Positions 16,497 to 20,000 of a stretch of 20,000 nt of DNA are shown piece by piece. The stretch lies in the IMG/VR virus record IMGVR_UViG_3300042549_004140; one strand, given 5' to 3'. The notes beneath the pieces are model-generated. The model searched no databases. It saw only the letters and a list, made by a program, of their open reading frames with translations, and was not told the origin of the DNA. The stretch comes from an uncultured virus (IMG/VR IMGVR_UViG_3300042549_004140). Its lineage: Duplodnaviria > Heunggongvirae > Uroviricota > Caudoviricetes. Each line of letters begins with the position of its first letter. The stretch's first letter is position 1. Both the position numbers and the translations under genes were made by a program.

Positions 16497-17078
16497 ATGA
16501 GTTCTCTTAACTGGGCCGATTTAGTAAAAGATGCCGGCGAGGCCACCGGCAATTTCGAACCACTACCAGACGGTGACTACGACCTAAAGGTTGTAGAAGC
16601 ACCAGCAGGTACCACAAGCACGGGTAAAACCATGTTTAAGCTCAAGGCACAGGTCGTTAGCGGCCCGTACGCCAACCGCTTCATCTGGGACAACATCACC
16701 ATCTCCCCTGAGAACAAGAATGCCCTAGGTATTTTCTTCTCAAAGATGAGTGCACTGGGTATCCCTCGTGAGTTCTTCACAAACAACAACCCATCAAACG
16801 CGCAGATCGAAGCAAGCCTAGCGGGCCGCACGTTCCGCGCACAGATCGCTTCTGAGCTCTACCAGGGAGCAAAGAAGAACAAGATCAGCCGCTACTACAG
16901 CGGTACCGGTGCTACCCCTGTAACACCAGCAACGCCATATGAGATGCCAGCTCCGGCTGCCGCAGCTCCGGCTCCAGCCCCGGCTCCAGCCCCAGCTCCA
17001 GCTCCAGTAGCTGCTGCTCCGGCTCCAGCCCCGGCTCCGGCTCCGGCTCCTGCAGCACCAGCTGACGCTCCGTTCTAA
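16497..17078 (+). CDS. DUF669-like single-stranded DNA-binding protein
   Basis: FEPLPDGDY...V, TGK.M, G.YANR.IWDN, a Pro/Ala linker and SSB-like C-terminal DAPF. Confidence 0.8.
   Translation: MSSLNWADLVKDAGEATGNFEPLPDGDYDLKVVEAPAGTTSTGKTMFKLKAQVVSGPYANRFIWDNITISPENKNALGIFFSKMSALGIPREFFTNNNPSNAQIEASLAGRTFRAQIASELYQGAKKNKISRYYSGTGATPVTPATPYEMPAPAAAAPAPAPAPAPAPAPVAAAPAPAPAPAPAPAAPADAPF
16947..17063 (+). repeat. Degenerate 6-bp tandem repeat (GCNCCN) encoding an (Ala-Pro)n linker
   Basis: Repeated gctccg/gctcca/gccccg units; a duplicated block gctccggctccagccccggctcc. Confidence 0.9.
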
Positions 17079-17097
17079 CCCCAGACCGGAAGCAAAT

Positions 17098-17125
17098 AGG
17101 GGGCATCGTGAAAACGGTGCCCCCT
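17098..17125 (+). terminator. Hairpin, likely terminator or attenuator after the SSB gene
   Basis: AGGGGGCATCG-TGAAAA-CGGTGCCCCCT, an 11-bp stem with one G-U pair; weak U-tail. Confidence 0.65.
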
Positions 17126-17143
17126 TACTCAAGAAAGAAAAAT

Positions 17144-18166
17144 ATGGCAAAGATATATTTAACAGGCATGACAGCCCCTCAGGCTTCACAAAGATCTAAC
17201 ACGCGCAACTTTGCATTCGCTGGAGCGCTGCACAAAGCCCTAACTACTGCAGGACATGACGTAACTTGGGCAGACCCAAGCCTAGACGTCTCTCAAGATT
17301 TTTTTGACCAGTACGACTCCGTATTGGTGGGCATAGGCCCAATCACTAGCTTGTCGGCTAACCGAGTCTATGGTGCCCTAAATATTGTAGGGCTACTCTG
17401 GGGATCAGACAAGCTCAGGCTTTTTGTTGACGCACCGGGTATGGCCCAGATGTGCGCCAGCTTGAAGTCTATAGACAAAACACCAACCGCCTTGATGAAG
17501 GAGTTCTACTCCTACAGAAAAGGATACAAAGAGGTAGTCTCAAATGTCGCACTGTCGGCACGAATTGCGACAGCTGTCAATAACTTGGCTACAAAAGAGT
17601 GGCCTCAAACAATCTACCCAGGCCTACCGTGGAAGACGGATGAACAAGCCAGAGAAAAGATAACTGTAGACGTCCCTAAATTTAGCGGAATCTCTTTGGA
17701 TGCACACCTGATTTCTGAAGAGACTGCCCACGGCGAGAGATTCGATAAATGGGTAGTGGACTCATTTGCCACTAGAGATACTAAAAAACTAGTTGAAACT
17801 CTTCGCTACCAGACAGACCCAATGAAATGGAATAAAGGGGAGACTGACGATCAGGTTTACGGTCAGATGCTTCAGTCTGCTGGAGCAATCATAACCACCC
17901 ATAAAAACGATGGTAGCTGGTGGAGCTACCGATATGCTCAGGCTCTGAACGCAGGCGTCCCAATCTATACGTCCTGGAAAGAAACAACAGTTCTAGGAGA
18001 GCCATGGTCACACTTGGCACACACCATTGAAGACTTCACTGACTTACAGAAGGCAGAACTATCTGCCAGACAAAAGGCAGAATATCTAAACAACACCCCA
18101 AATAAACAAGAATCTATCAAATACCTAGAGAGCCTACTTAACATCTCTCAGGTGGAAGGAAAATAA
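17144..18166 (+). CDS. Putative GT-B-fold glycosyltransferase
   Basis: Start ATG 17144 (MAKIYLTG). AL..AGHDV N-terminal motif and C-terminal WWSYRYAQALNAGVP resemble GT-B enzymes. Confidence 0.55.
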   Translation: MAKIYLTGMTAPQASQRSNTRNFAFAGALHKALTTAGHDVTWADPSLDVSQDFFDQYDSVLVGIGPITSLSANRVYGALNIVGLLWGSDKLRLFVDAPGMAQMCASLKSIDKTPTALMKEFYSYRKGYKEVVSNVALSARIATAVNNLATKEWPQTIYPGLPWKTDEQAREKITVDVPKFSGISLDAHLISEETAHGERFDKWVVDSFATRDTKKLVETLRYQTDPMKWNKGETDDQVYGQMLQSAGAIITTHKNDGSWWSYRYAQALNAGVPIYTSWKETTVLGEPWSHLAHTIEDFTDLQKAELSARQKAEYLNNTPNKQESIKYLESLLNISQVEGK

Positions 18167-18588
18167 TGCGTAAAATCAACTACGAATGGGTCAAGGAGCA
18201 GTTTGCAGACGCAAAGATCCGAGTCGGTACAGGAAAAGCCGTACTAAAGATGCTTAAAACCTGGGAAGAGATTGAGATGGATCCAGCCCAATCTAAAGAC
18301 GTTCTAGATATCCTATCTAAGGTCGGTTTAGGCCACTCCCTAATCGAAGTAAACAAAGACGAGGTCTGGGTACCGGCCCGGCGCGGTCAGATAGTTGTTG
18401 GCGACGTAGTTCGAGTTGCTCACAATGCCTTTGATATGACAGAAGTTGGCCACCTGCACAACGGCCGCAAGGGTATCGTGGTGGCTATTCGATCCGGAGA
18501 CATCATCTTCAAATCAACAGACGAAAAAGAACCTAAGCTTGACGGAACTCACTACACCCCAGAGAAGCTAGAGAAGAGGATTCGTTAA
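18166..18588 (+). CDS. Hypothetical protein with a C-terminal SH3/KOW-like beta domain
   Basis: VGDVVRV...NGRKGIVVAI; TAATG coupling. Confidence 0.7.
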   Translation: MRKINYEWVKEQFADAKIRVGTGKAVLKMLKTWEEIEMDPAQSKDVLDILSKVGLGHSLIEVNKDEVWVPARRGQIVVGDVVRVAHNAFDMTEVGHLHNGRKGIVVAIRSGDIIFKSTDEKEPKLDGTHYTPEKLEKRIR

Positions 18589-18803
18589 TGACACGTGTCA
18601 AACTAGACATTGTAGTCTTCGGTGACACTCACTCGGAAGTTCTAAGAAAGATAAAAAACTCTTTGATGAACTACCTAGAGATTGACGAGAGCTTTATCGG
18701 AGACATCTCGGAGTATGTCGACATGGAGGTAGAAATCTCTAACGCGGATCTTGAAGACGGGTATGACTACAAAGCCACAGCATACTGCAAACTCAAGAGG
18801 TAG
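18588..18803 (+). CDS. Hypothetical small acidic protein
   Basis: 71 aa, TAATG-coupled, last gene before the terminator. Confidence 0.7.
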   Translation: MTRVKLDIVVFGDTHSEVLRKIKNSLMNYLEIDESFIGDISEYVDMEVEISNADLEDGYDYKATAYCKLKR

Positions 18804-18813
18804 TCGGTTCACT

Positions 18814-18849
18814 AAAATAGGCTGAAAATTTATCTTTTCAGTCTATTTT
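18814..18849. terminator. Bidirectional terminator between convergent operons
   Basis: AAAATAGGCTGAAAA-tttatc-TTTTCAGTCTATTTT. Confidence 0.75.
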
Positions 18850-20000
18850 TATTCGTTCTCTAATCTAGCAATACGAGCGGCTAAGTCCCTAACTACGGCC
18901 TGTAGTGCAACTACATAGGTGCTGTAGTGGATACCCTGAATGTCTCCGTCTGGACCATAGTCCACAAAGTGGGTAAGCCCGGCATCATGTAGGTCTTCAG
19001 CAATCATACCTAGCTCAATAGGGGCGTCATTTCCAAACTGCTCGACGGCTTTGATATATCTAAACTGTTTAGGTTCTACTGACAAAACAGAGTTTATGTC
19101 AATGTTTGCCGAAACAATGTCCTGCTTCTTGGTGCGGCTTGAAGATGCGTAACCCATGACTCCAGCGGACGAGATCCACATGGCTCGACGGGTGGTTGTG
19201 ATGTCGTTGGCATAGGTGTCGTTTGAGTCAAGTAGACCACCAAATACAACAGTCCCGCTGCCAGCACCATTTAAGTTTAGGTTTGCTCCAACCCCGTTAT
19301 TGAGGGCCTCAATTTCATTGTTATCAATTCTAAGGTTGAGGCCGTTGCTTTCTCCAATTTGGAAGTTGTGTTCAGTAGAAGAAGCACTCAGGTCTACAGC
19401 AGGAGTCAGTCGAATCTTATTTGCAGTAATGTTATCTGCAGTTACAGCACCATTTAAGTCAATCATAAGACCATTCAGGGCAATACGAGGTGATTTATCG
19501 TCTTCGTCAATGTAGGCAATGATTGATGACTTTTGAGTATTTACAACAATCTCAGACGAATCTAAACGTTCAAATAGGGCAGACATCTCTACACCAGAAG
19601 CACCGTAAGACGAGACTACGTCAATGTAGCTTCTTGTCCTTGTGTAGACCCCATTTGCATATAGCGTAGTTGGATCAGGAAATTGAAGAACAGCAGAACT
19701 AATGTTTAGATAGTGCAGGTCTGGATCTGTAAACGCAGAAGTGTCAGGTGCATAGGCGACGGTTCCCAGACCCATATACGTGTTTATATTAGCTGGAGCT
19801 CTGTAGGAATAAGCATAGGTTTTAGACGAGAACCCAATGTAGTCCAAACCATTTAAATTAAATGTGTTTGAATCAAGATTTAGATCAATCCAGTATGTTC
19901 CAAGTACGCTAGCAGACACGCTGGACGGAGCACTAGCTGATGTCTTCCAGTCATAGTTTGAAAGTGCCCCTATAGTGTCTCCATAAAATGGAGTACTAAC
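18849..20000 (-). CDS. Tail fibre/spike protein, C-terminal part, with intramolecular chaperone (peptidase S74-like) domain; 5' end outside the window
   Basis: The frame stays open from 19919 up to 20000. SSSRTKKQDI, P..FRY, GMIAEDL, I.Y...VVAL.. and a terminal coiled coil LAARIARLE. Confidence 0.85.
   Translation of the reverse strand, partial: VSTPFYGDTIGALSNYDWKTSASAPSSVSASVLGTYWIDLNLDSNTFNLNGLDYIGFSSKTYAYSYRAPANINTYMGLGTVAYAPDTSAFTDPDLHYLNISSAVLQFPDPTTLYANGVYTRTRSYIDVVSSYGASGVEMSALFERLDSSEIVVNTQKSSIIAYIDEDDKSPRIALNGLMIDLNGAVTADNITANKIRLTPAVDLSASSTEHNFQIGESNGLNLRIDNNEIEALNNGVGANLNLNGAGSGTVVFGGLLDSNDTYANDITTTRRAMWISSAGVMGYASSSRTKKQDIVSANIDINSVLSVEPKQFRYIKAVEQFGNDAPIELGMIAEDLHDAGLTHFVDYGPDGDIQGIHYSTYVVALQAVVRDLAARIARLENE

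Noticed and set aside
16818..17189. Repetitive antisense ORFs (SRSW/EPEP) and a possible repeat array
   Set aside because: These are by-products of the Ala-Pro codon repeat, with no unique spacers.

Overview
This is a dense, gene-packed segment of a tailed dsDNA phage (Caudoviricetes), most likely infecting an actinobacterium. Support for that host comes from a WhiB gene, leaderless TANNNT promoters and actinophage-like gene order. The window holds a replication/recombination module: Prim-Pol/SF3 primase-helicase, family A DNA polymerase, RuvC-like nuclease, SNF2 helicase, Cas4-like PD-(D/E)xK exonuclease, Sak4-like AAA ATPase and DUF669-like SSB. It also carries a dNMP kinase, a small serine recombinase, an Mre11-like metallophosphoesterase, several sugar-handling genes (GT-A, GT-B-like, TagD-like cytidylyltransferase, possible glycosidase) and the 3' part of a tail-fibre gene with an S74-type chaperone domain. 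The most unusual element is a compact, probably independently transcribed ~62-nt structured RNA at about 2511-2572 (minus strand). It has two hairpins with complementary loops (GGGAGA/TCTCCC), its own -10 box and a terminator, and lies between the primase and a glycosyltransferase. Two likely genes are missing from the ORF track (1..228 minus, 9567..9734 plus). All functional calls come from motif recognition by eye; no database searches were run.
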